Part shown: one piece after another, positions 31,536 through 53,419 of the stretch | Position numbering within the stretch: position 1 is the stretch's first letter | Layout: every line of letters starts with the position of its first letter | Assembly (NCBI RefSeq): GCF_009914755.1 | Contig: NC_060931.1 | DNA from: the human T2T-CHM13v2.0 reference genome, Homo sapiens | Length of the DNA stretch: 64,000 nucleotides | Direction: 5' to 3' (one strand) | Notes under the pieces: model-generated | The model's input: only the letters and a program-made list of their open reading frames with translations | What the model was told of the DNA's origin: nothing | Database searches by the model: none | Made by a program: the position numbers and the translations under genes

Positions 31536-32180
31536 ATATGGATGGGATTCTGAAACCCTCAGGAAATTTCCTACATAAAAAAAGGACAGGATGTACGTAA
31601 ATTTAGAAAGAATTTTATAAGCATGTGCTGTGCTTAATACATTTTAAGGGCAAAAATATTCAACAAGGGATGCAGAATATGGGGAGAAGATAAAGCTTAG
31701 AATTACTTTGAAGTGTTCTGTAATTAAGCTGTAAATGACCAAAAAATTTAATACTAGTTTAACAGTTTTCAAATATTTAAAATTCAAGCATTGAGTTCAC
31801 TCGTTTAATGTGTTACTCTACATAATTCCTCTTTACCATAATCAAGAGAATAAAAACTCTGTTTTGGGATCTTGTTTAAGAAACATAGATTCTAGAAAAC
31901 TATAACATTTTTTAATAACTAATTTATTTCTTCATTGACAGATTTCTAAAAGTGCTTATTTTCCCATTTATCCTAATAAATTATAATGCTATAAGTTTTA
32001 TGAAATACATGGCTCCTCTTATGTAATTGTTTTACAGCTCTAAAAATTACATGAGAAATCTACTGATAGAAAGTAACAGCCTTCATGCAACACACATACA
32101 CAACTATGGGGAGATAAAAACACTATTAAATTAAAGTTACACAGGTGAAAAATGAAAGACTTTCTTATAACTTAGCTCTC

Positions 32181-32330
32181 TGCTACGGTCTGAATGTGTC
32201 CCCCCAAAATTCATCTCTTGAAATCTGCACCATGAAGACAATGGTATTGGGAGGTAGGGCCTTTGTGAGGTGATTAGGTCATGAGGGCAGAGTCCTCATA
32301 AATGGGATTAGTGTCCTTAATAAAACAGGC
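32181..32330 (+). mobile_element. MLT1A/MST-like LTR 5' fragment
   Basis: tgctacggtctgaatgtgtccccccaaaattcat...gtgattaggtcatgagggcagagtcctcataaatgggattagtg. Confidence 0.85.
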
Positions 32331-33654
32331 CTCATCTTACTTGGTTTATCTGCAGTATTTCACATTTGATCACACCTTCCTACCAGACTGAAAAATAGGA
32401 ATAAAGGTAAGGCCTCTTTTTCAAAGCACTTTGGGAATAAAATAAAGCAATGCATTTTATATAGATTTGTGACTTATGATGTCCAATAAATTACTAGTTA
32501 TTTTCACTTGATAACTTCAAAGTAAGTGAAAACTTTTTAAAAAATGAAATGCATTTATAACAGGAAGTACATGTGATGAAATTCAATAAGAATCTTTAGT
32601 AAAAGTGAATGGAAAATACTACCAAAAAATCTATATATCACTATAAATTCAATGGTATAATATATTCAATGGTATAATATTCAATGATATATATATATAT
32701 TTATAAATAAATAGACCTTGATATGACCCATCTCTTTCTCTCTTATCTATACCTATCTAATATTTTATCCTGGAATATCATAAAGGAAGATACTATGAAG
32801 GGATTCTAGATGTGACAGTCCTTTGAAAATACTGACTATTTTGACTTTCCTAATATAGTAATCGGTAAGCTATCAAAAGACTTAACCCTTAAAAAAAAAA
32901 ACGAAGTAATTTGCCTAGAAGAAAATAACTTTTATACAAATAGATCCCGACTTACATGGAATCATACCATACTTATTCAAAGTATTCTTAGACATTGTTT
33001 AGCTTTCCACTTTGATAAATCTGGTATGCATCTGTTGAAATGATTTTATATTTTCTCCTTTAATAATTTTGTGGTTTATTACTTTGTTGATGTTTTTGCA
33101 TCCCTAGGAAAGGCCTGAAGAATTATGATGTATTATCTATTTCATACAGAGTGGCTACAATCTCGTATTTTATTTTGTATGAATGGCTAAGAAAGCAGAT
33201 AAAAGTCCATCAGCATATGGCTTGGCTAGTGATGGGCAACTTTTCAAATTTGCAAGAAATCACTGAGTAATTTATAAAAGTTAGTCTATCTTACAGAGGT
33301 ATGTGCACCTTGGCTATTTTTATAAAGTTTTTGTTTTGTTTGTTTTGTTTTAGTATTCCTAATTGCTAGATTAAGATTAAGTGCTATTTGTTTAAGGGTT
33401 TTGCACCCATATTAGTGTGTAATTTCCATTCTTTCATTTTGTTCTCATTGAATTTGAGTACGAACAGTATGATAGTATCATAAACGACATTACTGAATAT
33501 TCTTTCTTTTCTCCTTTTTATAATAGTTTAAATTATCTTTGCTATGATTGTTTGGTAGAACAACCAAATGAATCCCATTTGAGCCTGAGTTTTCACTGTA
33601 GGAAAATTTTTGACCACTAATTTGGTTACTTTAATGGTTATAGGACTATTCAGA

Positions 33655-33853
33655 TAAGGTCTTACTGTGTTGCCCAGCCTGGTCTCAAACTCCTGGGCTC
33701 AGCCTTTTAAAAATTTTTTTTTTATTTTTTTTTCTAGAAACAGGTGTCTTGCTATGTTGCCCAGGCTGATCTTGAATTCCCAGCTTCACAAAATGCTCCT
33801 GTTTCAGCCTCCCAAACTGCTAGGATTATAGGTGTAATTCACTGAAACTGGCT
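33655..33853 (-). mobile_element. FLAM/AluJ left-monomer pieces (two in tandem)
   Basis: Two tcttRctRtgttgcccag.ctg.tct..aa.tcc blocks; second ends ggattataggtgtaattcactgaaactggct. Confidence 0.8.
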
Positions 33854-35777
33854 GAAGTTTTCTATTTCTTAAATTTGGTTTGATAAGTTTTATTTTCTTA
33901 GGAATTTGCCTGTTTCCCCCAAAATGTTCAAATTTATGGGCATATAATAATTTGTATTATTCTGTAATTATCCTTACAATATTTGACTGCAGTTCTAGCT
34001 TTCTTTGCATTACCAATATTATTTGTGCCTTTGTTATTTCTTGTTCGATTTCACTAGAAATTTGTCAGTTGTATTAGTGTGTTTAAAGAACCAACCAACT
34101 TTTGCTTTTTTGATTCTCTCTATTGAAGTTTTGCTCTCTATTTTATTAGTTGTTACTCTTTTTTTTTATTCATTCTACTTTTTTGAATTCTTCTGGTATT
34201 GTTTTTTGTTTTTCCCCCTAACTTCTTTCATTTTTTTTTTCTAATTTAAGATTCAAAACTATACCTGTTATCTGTAGTCTTTGGATTACTTAGAAACCTA
34301 TTTCTTAATTTCCACAGATGTAAGAATTCTCTATTGCTATGTTTATATTTTTGATTTATAATTTACCTGCACTTCTAGCCAGAGAACATATCCCATTTGA
34401 ATTCAGCTTTTTAAATTTGTTGAGACTTGTTATATGGTCCAGTATATGGTGAGTTTTTATACGCACCTCACCTATGTTTGAGAATAATGTGCTCTGCATC
34501 TCATCAATGCAATAAGTTGTATGTATTTATGGGATCAAGAATGTCAATTTTGGTTTTGAGAATTTTCTTATATTTACAGACTTATTTTGGTTTTTGGTTC
34601 TATTAACTATTAAGAGGTATATTAAAGTCCACATTATAATTGAGGATTTTCAAATTGTTCTTGTAGGTTTGTCAGCTTTTTCTCACTATGCATGAGGCCC
34701 TCTTCCTAGAAGTATACACATTTATTTGCAGATTAAAAATTGTGATATATTTTTTATTTCTTTAACTATATTATTATTAAGTTACCCTGTTTATTTGAAG
34801 TAATGCTTTTTTCCTTAAGGATAATTCTCTTTGATATCAGAATTGACAAAAATTTATATCAGAAGTTATACTAGCTTTTGTTTAGTAAAAATATGTCTGA
34901 TATACTTTTTCATTATTTACTTTCAATATTTATTTAGTTTTATGTTTTAACTGTGTCCCTTGCAATTAGCATGGAAGTTTTAAAACTATTTTTAATTCAG
35001 TCTAACAAGTTTGAATTAACTGAAGTGTTTAGTCCATTTGCATTTCTTGCAATGACTTATATATGAATTTTTATCTGAAATTTTTTATTTTGTGCTTTTT
35101 CATTTTCCTGCGTTTATTTTCTCTTTTTCTTTATATCTGTCAGCTTCTCTCTTTCCTATTTTATATCCTTTTATTTTTCCCCCAATATTCAATGTTTTCC
35201 TTTGACAAGTTTGGAAGATTCATATAGTATTATAATTTTTCAGCAGTTCCTTGGATAATAACAAATTCAATTATTGCCAAGGTCTAGAGTTAATCAATGT
35301 CTATAACCCCCTCTAGAGCAATACACTAATATTACCTTAGTTGCATTCGCCCACTTCCATCTTATTTTATATATATATATATATATATTCTTCTTTATTA
35401 AATATTCACATGGAATTGCTATTTTTGGTTTTTAAAATATTTTCAAACTATGTATTTTTTCAATTTAACCACTGGCTTTTCACTTTATTTTTCTTTTCTT
35501 TCCTTCATCTCAGACCTTTCTTTTAGTCATTTCTCTTCTATTTGAAAAACATCCTTTTATATTTGTCCTTAATAAAAGTCTGCAGTAGTAAGTCTTTTGA
35601 ATTTTTGCTTTACTTGTTTTGCTCTGAAGATATATTTCATTGGATATAGTATTCTAAATTGACAGGTTTTTTTTTAGAATTTTGAAATACATCATTCCAC
35701 TCTCTTTTGCTTTTGTATTGCTGTTGTCTACTGCATACACATTTACTCTTTTAAAGTAGTCTGTCTTTTATTTGGGA

Positions 35778-36070
35778 TTTTTTTTTTTTGGATGGAGTCT
35801 CACTCTGTTGTTCAGGCTGGAGTGCAGTGGCACAATCCTGGCTCACTGCAACCTCTGCCTGCTAGGTTTAAGTGATTCTCTTGCCTCAGCCTCCTGAGTA
35901 GCTGTGATTACGGGCATGTGCCACCATGCCTGGCTAATTTTTGTATTTTTAGTAGAGATGGAGTTTTGCTATGTTGGCCAGGCTGGTCTCGAATTCCTGA
36001 CCTCAAGTGATCCTCCTGCCTTGGATTCCCAAAGTGCTGGGATTACAGGTATGAGCTGCTGCACCCAGCC
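35778..36070 (-). mobile_element. AluSz/Sx-like SINE
   Basis: Full dimer with cctgacctcaagtgatcc; degenerate TSD ttgggattttt / ttggaatatttt. Confidence 0.95.
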
Positions 36071-36177
36071 TTGGAATATTTTTAAAACTCCGTTTGTGTT
36101 TCATATTTTTTCCATTTGATTTTGATATATCACAATGTGATTTCTGTGTATGTTTATTGAAACACTCAGGACTATCC

Positions 36178-36731
36178 TTGTTATATTTATATGTCAACTT
36201 GACTGGGTTAAGGGATGCCCAGATAGTTGCTAAACATTATTTCTGGGTCTTTCTGGAAGAAATCAGGACATGAGTCAGTAAAGTGAGTAAAGAAGATCAG
36301 CCCTTACCTAAGAGGCAGGCATCAACCAATCCTTTGAGTTTCTGAATAGAACAGAAAGAGAGAGGAAGGGCAAATTACTGCTTTCTTCTTGAGCTGAACG
36401 TCCATCTTCTCCTGTCCTTAGACATCAGAGCTCCTGATTTTTGGGATTTCAGACTCTGGGACTTATGGCAGTATCCTGCTCCCTACCCTGCAATCCCCCA
36501 CTGCATTGGACATGCACTGAATTACACCACCAGCTTTTCTGGTTCTCAGGCTTGCAGATGGCATATTGTGGGACTTCAGCCTCCATAATCACATGAGCCA
36601 ATTTCCATAATAAAAATCTTTTCTCTGTCTTTCCTTCTTTCCTTTCTTCCTTCCTTCCTTCCTTCCTTTGTTTCTTCCTTTCTTTTCTCTAGAACATTGG
36701 TTCAGTTAGCCTGAAGAATCTTGACTAATAA
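36178..36731 (+). mobile_element. ERVL solo LTR (MLT2B-like) with (CTTC)n tract
   Basis: tatgtcaacttgactgggttaagggatgcccagatag...cagcctccataatcacatgagccaatt...gactaata. Confidence 0.9.
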
Positions 36732-37889
36732 AAAGACATTTTAGTCTGGATTGGGAGTTTTATAGACTGAAAAATTTGGCCCTTGACCCTAATTCCACCT
36801 CTCGCTTACTATTTCTCTCCTTTGTTTCTGACTCTCTGATTAGATATATATGTTTGGCCTTGTAGTGAATTTCTTGAAGTTTTGTTTTATTGTGAATTTT
36901 CCATCTCATTAATTTCAATTTACCTTGTTATCTTACATATATCTTAATTTATTGTATATACAATTATCTCTTTTTTTTGGAACATATTTCTTCTCATCAT
37001 TATCCAGTTGCTAAATCTCATCTTTCTAATTTGCTATTTAAACCATTCAATATTTTTAAAATATTAAGGTATAATTAACATACAGTAAAATTTACCCTTT
37101 TTGTGTAGTTTCATGAGATTTTTAAAAATGCATATAAACACAACCACCACATTAATCAAAATTTAAACAGCTCTATCATGAGAAAAAACCTCTCATGACT
37201 TTTTGTAGATGCTATTACCCAGCCCCACCCACTGTCAACCATATAAATGAAATTATACAGTATTCTTTATTGATTTTTTCAATTCACATGTATTACTCGT
37301 AGAGATACATTTGATTTTTTCACTTTATTAACATATAATTGAACTAGTTTTTTATTACATGAACATATTTAAGCTTTACTTTTGTCCTACACATATTTAC
37401 TTTATTGTCTATCCATAATAATTTCATTATTTGAAGATTTTGTGAGTCTGATTTGCCTCTATTAATTCTACATATTCTTGTTTATGGTGTCTTGATACAT
37501 TGTATGTTCATTTTTACTATGCAATATTCATTTTCCTTGGAATTATATCTAATGAAACTGTTTGAGGCCTGAGACAGAACGTGACACACTAAAGAGAATC
37601 TACATTTGCTTCTGCATATTTTTGGATTGAGATTTTCTTGAACTTCTCATTTCTTGGTAATTAGGTTGCAATATTGTGTGGAGGTCAGCTGTGATTCCAA
37701 ATTTTTATTGATTATTATTTTCTTTTTTCTGTTGAGCACCAATATATAAAATGGCTGGCATAACTTCATTCTCCAGTTTGGGGAACATGAGTTTATATAT
37801 AATTCACTCTTATACTAGTTATAAAGTCTTTTGAGTAAAGAAATTGTACTTCAACAAAGAGAGGTCTGATTTTGCATTAGACTTTTTAA

Positions 37890-38414
37890 GGTGGGGGCGG
37901 GTCACACCAGATGTTAAGGATGGGGTGAACCATACCCCATAGGCCTAGGTTGTGGGCTGGCTATGACAGAAAGACCAATAATGTGACTTAAAGCTGGGCC
38001 ATGTGTTATCATGTGGTATCCCGGTCATGTGGTATCAGTTGACCTGAAAGCTAAGATCAACCACATGGGCAATTAATTAGTCCATCATACCTATGCAATG
38101 GGGCCCCAATAAAAGGTTTGAATATGGAAGCTGCAATGCATTGTTTTGTGCTCTCACTCCACAGAGACAGGACAGGAAATACTCCATGTTTGGAACCCTC
38201 CTGGATTTTACCCTATGAAATTCTTCATTTGCCTAATTTTAATCTGTATCTTTTCTCTGTAATAAACTCTAACTGTGAGTATAATAGCTTCTAGTGTGTT
38301 CTATGAATTCTAGCAAATTATCAAGACTAAGGGTGGTTTTGTAATCCCCTGACATTGCAGTTGATATTAGAAAGGGCTAGCCATCTCTGGAGGACTCTGT
38401 GCTCAAATGTTACA
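37890..38414 (+). mobile_element. MER21C-like LTR fragment
   Basis: cagaaagaccaa...ggccccaataaaa...tttggaaccctcctgga...ctgtaataaac...tgtgagtataatagc...ttctagcaaattatcaa. Confidence 0.75.
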
Positions 38415-41019
38415 GTCTGGATACTGCAGGCAGGGCCCTGGGTTTATTGGATGGCTGCTGTATTGCAAGGCTCTCCACTTTGGCCATACACTGGGTTTAA
38501 ACCATTTTTACCTTCCCCCAGCAGGTTTGTGTACCAAACCTTTTGCCTTTGACAAATGCACCCAGGATAACAGGCTGCTCCAGTACTCTGCTTCTTTCTC
38601 ATGCCTGCCTTCACCTGGTCTCTGCCTGAAGGTATATTATGTTTTTGATGGCTTAACAATGCTTATTAGAAGTTTTTGTTTGATTGATTTTACTCTTTCT
38701 TAGTCCAAATATCTAACCAACCACATTACTAGAAAGAGATGCAGAGTTCATTTAAAATGTTAAAATACTATGTTTGAGGAACTTGTAGAATAAGTAGAAG
38801 TTAATTGTCAGCAAACCGCTGAAAATATAAAATAAGAAAATGTGCAACTGGAGGTGAAGAAAAATTTTAGGGATGGCAATATAGAATGCAAGTGGATTTT
38901 AGAAGTATATAGACAGTTATGAAATGAAAAGAGAAAGTATAAATATTTGGTACAAGAAAAAAGAGTATTTCAGGAAAAAAATGCCCCAAGCAATGGGGAG
39001 GACCAATATTTATGACACAATGAAAGTCAGAGAGTTTAAAGGAAGACAAAAAATGGAGCAAAGCAAGAAAGCCAAGAAAATATAAAATTAATTGATAGAA
39101 TTCATAGAAATATCTCAAATAGTAATCTGAGCTGTCCTGAAGTTATGGAGATTTTCAGTTCCATATAAGAAAATTATTTTTAAAGAAAGGTTAAATTTAT
39201 CCTCCATCCATATGTGAAAGAGTAGATCAATAATTAGAATGATTGATGGAATATTTAAATCATAGTTCCACAAGCATCTGGACTCAGTAGTAAACTATTG
39301 ATATTGGCATTATAAAGGGGTTAATTTATAATGGTGAAAATATAATCTGTGAAATACACAGCATGACTACATAGAGACATTTAACAGTATGATGCTGAAT
39401 TGGTTTTCTCATGTTGCTAGAGCACCAGTTAAGAAAATGGGATTGATTTCTATAACATCATGTCTAGTTTTGAAATTTACCTCTTGTTTATATAGAATAC
39501 AACTATTCATGAATTTCAAACAAACATACAAAACAACCATATCTCCTGAGCATACATAAAAAGAAACCATGTAAAAAGTAAAGTTACTTTCAAACAGATC
39601 TTCCTTTTTTAAAATAATTATCCTTTACTTTCTGAAGTCTAACTCACATGTAGCCAAACTCATGTTTTGGCTTGATTTTTATGTTGAAAGACAAAAGACA
39701 GATTTCGATAGTTCAGTGTGTATTCATCTGTTTATTTGGGGCTTAGGAGTAATGTAAGACATAAGGCATAGGCACCACCGTATTTTGTATTGTTGTTGAC
39801 TTTCTTTTTCTTTGCTTTTTCCTGCTTTGGATGCACAGAGACTTATGACAAGAATATGTCTAAGTCAATGTGCTGAATATTGGCCTTTAACTTGTGCCAG
39901 CTTTTTGTCTGTCCTCATGACTTTCAGTTACACTGACTGTACAATTTGGACTTGCATTCTCATAATTGATTTGAGGATGAAATTAACTTTTATGAAACTT
40001 TTGGCTTGAGTATTGCCATCCTAAACTAGATGCATTTTACTGATCACAATTTGTCATCTAACACACTCTTTTGTGTTTTAAGTGAGGTACAGTCATTTTA
40101 TTTTTTCCATCATAAATGGCCGTGATATAAAGTGTATTATACTTTGGAGAGAATGATTGAAGCTATCTCCATACTTAAAGCACTTTGGCTGAAAGGTGCT
40201 GTATTTCTGAAATAGGCTTTCATTATTTATTGACTCACTGCCCTATAATAATTTTTCTGAAGCACTTTTGATCTGTTTTATAAATATTGTGTTTTCATTT
40301 TGAAAGTATTTAGCATGCTGGAAAACTTACCACTTAAAAAATTATCATAATGGTCCTTCAAAAAGGATTTTGTTTAAGTAGCCGGTAGTTGAAACCTGTT
40401 CTCTGGACTCAGGCAAACATTTGGGAACAAGTCATAACTGTGAGCATTGTCAAAATGGTTAATAACACCAGCATCATATACGCTAAGGGAAATGACTGGT
40501 GACAAATTTAGGTGAAAAAAAGGCAAGAGCATTATCATTCTGAAATGTAACCTTTTGCTTTAAAATGTCAAGGATAGGATGTCAAAAACAGCTTTTTACA
40601 TCATCAGGAAGAGTAGGTTAATTTAAAAATCCTGTTAATGCTAGCTAAGTACATGAAGTTCAATAAATCTCTGCTGAATATATCAGCCTATGAACAATTT
40701 AGTTTGTGATATCTTAAGCCAGTCCTAGAACAGTATTTTGCACATAATAGGCACTACTAAATATTTGTGTTATGATTTAAGGAATTTAAAAAAAATAATA
40801 ATCTATCCCATAGTCACCATTTTCAGGGTTGAACTTCCTGAAATGTGTAAGTCCTTGAGGGCTTGGTTCTGACCTTCAATCCTTATCTAGTTCAGAGCCC
40901 TGCTAGCTGGAAAGCACACCCATTTTAAGAAGGTGGAGATTTTAAGAACAGTTCAGACTTGGCTATACAGTTTGTTCCTGTCATTCAGTTTTTTTTTTTC
41001 TTATTTAGTTTTACATTTA

Positions 41020-41273
41020 TTTATTCAAATGTCAGCTTCTTTGAGCTGACTTCCCTGACTGCTCCAACTCTGGTAACCATGATATTTCAGCACTTTATCA
41101 TATATATTTTTATTTCTGTAGGGTTTAGTGTCATCTAAAATTGTCATGGTCATTTATTTGTTTGTTTTTGTATGATCTCTCTTCCCAATTAGAGTGTAAA
41201 TTTGCCTATCTTATCATTAACTCTCCAGAAATGCGTTAGCATATTGTAGGCACTGAATCAGTGTTTATTAAAT
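41020..41273 (+). mobile_element. L2 3' end fragment
   Basis: tcaaatgtcagcttctttgag...ttagagtgtaaa...gcatattgtaggcactgaatcagtgtttattaaat. Confidence 0.6.
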
Positions 41274-42869
41274 ATATGCCTAAGTCTTTAAAATGTGTGA
41301 TCACCTCTGAAGTTGCCGGGAAAATATAAGTCATTTCCCCAGGGAAGGCACCGACTGGTATTCCTTTTTCTTCCATACAATTTGTAACTCTTGTGAGGGA
41401 GGTTCTGACAACAAAGGGAATGACATTTATTTGTTTATGTGTTTCAGTATTCCTTATTTTAATTCTAGCAATTTAATGTAGGGAGATACTACTTTTGGAC
41501 TCTATTTGAAGTGTCTTTGATGAATATCTAAGATTCCATCAGTTAGTGATGAGGTGGTGCTGCCCTCCCAGACCAGAGACATGACATGCAGTTTAAATAT
41601 GGAAAATGTTTTGGGGATGAAAAATAATTGGTTCATTAATATGACAGTAGCAAGGAGTTTAGAAATGGGGGAAATTATTTTGACAAGTATAAATTGTGAC
41701 TTAGAAAACTAGAAACAGACTACTCAATAGAAAGTGAAGCTGAATAATTAAGGGTGAATACAATTGGGCATTTAATAAGTATTTGTCAGAATGAATGGAC
41801 ACTGAAGTTTTCCTTTTAAAAATAGCATTTCTATGTTATTCCATGTTCAAAACACTTACCACTTGAACATAGCATCACCGAGACAAATTTACTGATTTAA
41901 TTCACTCATTAAAAATTTACTTTATATAAATTTCTATGTGATTTGTAAGAAGTGTTTATCAGATTTATACTACTGCAGGGAAATATTAAATAATGATTGA
42001 TCTTGAGTGAAATATTGAGAGGCCAATATTCCAAGTGTTATATTATCCCAAGTGCTAATAATAAATGGTGTTAGAGAAAACAAACTGATTAGATGAGAGT
42101 TTATTGACATTTTAAAAAATCATTTAAATTATGTGGTGGTAATAAAGCTCTATTTTATGTTTGCTAATGGCACATACAATAAACTGCCTAAGATGATTTT
42201 GGGTTGGTTGTAATGTAGGGTGAGTGAGATTAATATGTTTTAAAATGACAAGTCGTATGTCATAAAAATCCTCTTGAGTTTTAACAGATTTGTTTCTTGT
42301 TAATAAACTCATGAAATTGCATTTAAAAGGTTAATGGGGAGAATAATCTCACACAAGGGAGAAATTGTTAGGCTCCTAGAACCTTTTCCTTGGGATCATA
42401 GTAAGTGACCTTTTTCTGAAGGTTCCACCAAAACTATTAAAAACGAGTCAACCGTAGAGAGTGATTATCTTTTAAATTAGCCACTGATTACTAGCTAGTT
42501 TCAGGAAATGCCAGTTTTAGGAAAATAAATAGTAATTTGTTTCAATGTCTCCTACATTTTTAGGTATGTAAATGGCCTAGGGCTGTGAATATCAGTGAAG
42601 TAGAACTTCTTACATACTCTACTTATTCCTCAAGAGACTGGACTCAGTTTGGAAATAAGGTCATTTTTGAAATGTCATTTCTGAACAAATAGCTTATAGT
42701 GAATACTTACAATTATGATTACTGCACTTTTTGCCCTTTTAGTCATATGTTAAGAAAGAAAATTAAAATCTTAAAAAATTAAAGTATTTTTGATGGTAGA
42801 AATATGAAGAGTATAAAATAGTATAACAATATTTATGGTAGTAAACAATAGTTACAAAAATAGTAAAGC

Positions 42870-43262
42870 AGTACCATATTGTTTCCAACATGTTTAATGC
42901 CTCTGTTGGCCAGGTTCATCCATACATAATCTCTTAATAATAATCTTGTAAGACAATACCCCAATTATTGGAGTAGGAATTCTAATAACAAATACATGGA
43001 ATAGCTTGTCTTTTGTTTCACAGTTCAGATGTGAACTGTGACCCAGTTTGACCCAGATCTCTCTCTATGCTGATAATCATGTTTATAAAGACTGTAGTAC
43101 ATTCATTGACTATGAGCCTTAGTTTGTCATCTATAAAATGTTGACAGTATCTACTTCCTAAAGTATTTATACTAATGAAATAAGACAAATGCATATAAAT
43201 TACTAGCGCAGGGTCTTCCCATAGAAAGTGTTAAATAGATATTAGTTATCTTTACTATTATT
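42870..43262. mobile_element. Two MIR fragments in opposite orientation
   Basis: Plus-strand tgagccttagtttgtcatctataaaatg...aaatagatattagttat at ~43110-43262; weaker minus-strand piece upstream. Confidence 0.55.
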
Positions 43263-45489
43263 AAAATTATGACAATTTTCTAATGTTTTATTTTGAAATT
43301 ATCAGCTACTTAGGTTTCAAAGCTATCTCTGTTTAACTTTTGCACCATCCTTTTGAGGAGCAACTCACTGTCATTTGTTTGAAAATAAAAATTTGCCTAA
43401 ACAGAGAAAAAATATTAGAGCATTTGTGCTTCATGTTTTGTTTCCTGAGAAGTTTATATTTTCATGAAGTATATTGTAAGTTAATATATTTTTCTTGTTT
43501 TCACATTAAATATGGATTATAATTAGAGATTACTATAGGCCCAATGTTTGCCATAAGAATATATGACATTTAGCCACAGGAAGTAATAACCAGTTCACAT
43601 GCAAAACAGAAACTAGGAAGAGATGACACTCATCATTTTAAACAATTGTACTGTCTCAGTAGGCTTTTGGTTGTTACTGACAAAATCTGTTCCACATGGT
43701 TTCTTTTTCCTTATTTTTCCCCCACTTCCTTAAAATGTACCTTCTGTTTATCTACAGGTACACTTGCAAATTTACATAATTGGTCTTTGCTTATATAAAA
43801 CGAGTCAGAGTTTATAACATAGGGAAATTATTGTGTGATTTTTATATGGTCAATAAAGTTCTTTGATTCACAAAGATTAAGATATTTTGGAAACTGTGAG
43901 CTCCACTAGTTTGTTTACATAATTCAACTTATATAACACTTTAATTAACACTGAACCATCAATCAAACCAAGGCATAGTTATATAATCAAAATGGAAAAA
44001 TAAAAGTAAAAGTGTTTAATAGATTTTCTAGGAAAGTTCAGGGTACCATGAATAATGCAAATGGCACATAATTGGACTCAAGTTACTTAAAACACCAGTT
44101 CTGCTACTAATTAACTGTTCTACTTAGGAAAATCATTTAACTTCAACTTTCTCATCTACGCCATGAAGTAGTTGAATTAAATGTGCGGTATCTAAACTAT
44201 GAAGAAGCCCTAATATGCTCTCCAGAATTATTCAAATACCTTCCAAAGGTGCTGAGTGATATCAAATATGGGGATTTCCAACCATTCTTGTTAAATTCAT
44301 TTAATGCTGTTCTGCTCTCATCTGATTTACTGGTGCTCTCAGAACATTTTCATTTGTTAAGAAAGGCTTACGTTGCTAGTAACATTTGAAAAACAACTCG
44401 ATTTCTAAGGTCATTTCTAACACTAAGTTTTATTTTCCATTATTCCAAATGGGAGGACTGAATCTAAAGTGCATATTAACTTTGGAAAAGTGCTTTTGGC
44501 TTCCAGAAAAGGAATATATTAGGAACATAAAATTTATATAACTATTTTGCAAAGTAGTTTTGAACAGTAAAGGATTTTGAGGGTCAGAAAAAACTGCCTT
44601 TTTGCAATTGTTCCTTCATACATACAGTATGCTTTTTCCTGGCCCTGCTTCTACCATTTGTCAATCACTGTATCAACTCATTTTAACTTACATTATGTCT
44701 CCAATATTTAGCAATTGAAAGTAAAAGAGAAAGAAAAGGAAATTAAGAAGTGACAGTGAGGTACTAATTTTGAAAGTCACAGAAATATACTGTGTTGCAT
44801 TGTATGAAATTTTGAAGTTAACTATAATATTTAGCTAATATTTCTTTGCAATGCAGTTAGGTAAAGACACTTTTAGATATTCTATATCATTAATGAAAGA
44901 TTTTAATTTTACATGATTTCAATGCACAATAATGCTAAACTGAGGAATGAACATAATGCACACACTGGGAGACTTAAGAAAATTGCTTAGACATAAGGTG
45001 GAGCTTTAGATTAGAGCTCTTAGATTCCTAATAATTCCTAGACATATTTTTTCTGAGATACTGTATGTATTACAAGACTAGCTAATATTTATTCTTTCAT
45101 TTGCAGTAGCCATTTATTTTTTCTTTTTAGATATTATAGCCTAGTATTGGCCTATTTATATATTTCCTTAATTTAATTTATTTATTTTGTTTTTTAAAAC
45201 ATTGTTTTTCTGCTATTGCTCATTTATCTAGCAACATTGTATATGTGTGTGTGCATATAAAATAATGCACTGTTATAGAGTCATCGTTTCCTGGGGCCAA
45301 AGCTGTCATTATAAAACATGTAGTCTATCACTGCTAATGTCAATTTTATTATTTCCTTTGCCAATTCTTGCTCTATCTATATATCCTGGGAATTTACTAT
45401 GTGATTTTGAAAAGTTAGTAATAATTACTATATTTCTGCTGCATTTTGGGGAGATGTTGGTGCCAGGAGTAGTGTTTTCATCTCCCTAA

Positions 45490-46617
<1,128 letters not shown>

Positions 46618-46652
46618 AGAAAAACAGAAAATAAAAAAGAGAAGTGACAAAG

Positions 46653-52598
<5,946 letters not shown>

Positions 52599-52599
52599 G

Positions 52600-53300
52600 A
52601 GATATATTTTCTTAAATGTATTGGACTTAAAAAAAGAAAGAAAATATTTTGGACATCCAGACAAAAGACAAATTGCAAAAAAAAAAAAGTACAAATTGTC
52701 ATCAGACCTTTTCAAAGCAACACGCTACGTTAGACAAAAGTAGGACATTATTTAAGATACTCAAGAAAAGAAAAATGTGAACTGGGGATTATACATTCAA
52801 CCCCAAATACTTCAAATATGGAGGCCACAAGCAACCTTTTAGAACGTGCCATCTTCTATAGGTATTTTCTACAACATTGTTACTATTCATGAGTCATCTA
52901 ATAATGAGTTTAGGTAACCTAAATGATTGAAGAGCCATCAACAAATGAACCAGTGTTGATATGGAATATATTTACCTGTATATCAAAATAAAATAATGGA
53001 TTATAAGAAAATCAGTGTTGTAGAGAATGGCTATACATTCTCACCATGTACATTGTACAATTATTAACCACTGAGGGAGAATGAGGAAATTATGTGAAAA
53101 ATAAGATGCTCAATAACTGACTTTCAGATATTATTTTGGAGAAATAAGATATTACTTTAAATCAGATAATGATAAGAGGGTGTCAAAGGAGATAAAAAAG
53201 TTAGCACCTAATTTAAATATTTCTCATGGCACAAAGTATCAATAAATAAAATCAAAGGAAAAGCAAGAGTGAGGGATTAAGGGTAGTACATAAAGGCATT
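52600..53300 (+). mobile_element. HAL1-like element, 3' part
   Basis: ttggacttaaaa...atattttggacatccagacaaaa...catcagaccttttcaaagcaacac...ttaagatactcaagaaaagaaaaatgtga. Confidence 0.65.
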
Positions 53301-53419
53301 GTATGTGTGTAAAAAATTAGTATAGGATATATAAATAGCACTTTGTGTAAAATATATAGTTATATTTTAAAATTCGAAAAGATAAACCTTTTTTATCAAA
53401 AAGTTACTAATAGTTTAAA

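Larger units (their letters stand above)
33030..37880 (-). mobile_element. Highly decayed L1ME-type fragments, interrupted by Alu/FLAM and MLT2
   Basis: T-rich antisense L1 motifs (ggttataggactattcag; aaatttgttgagacttgttatatggtccagtatatggt; attggatatagtattctaaattgacag). Confidence 0.6.
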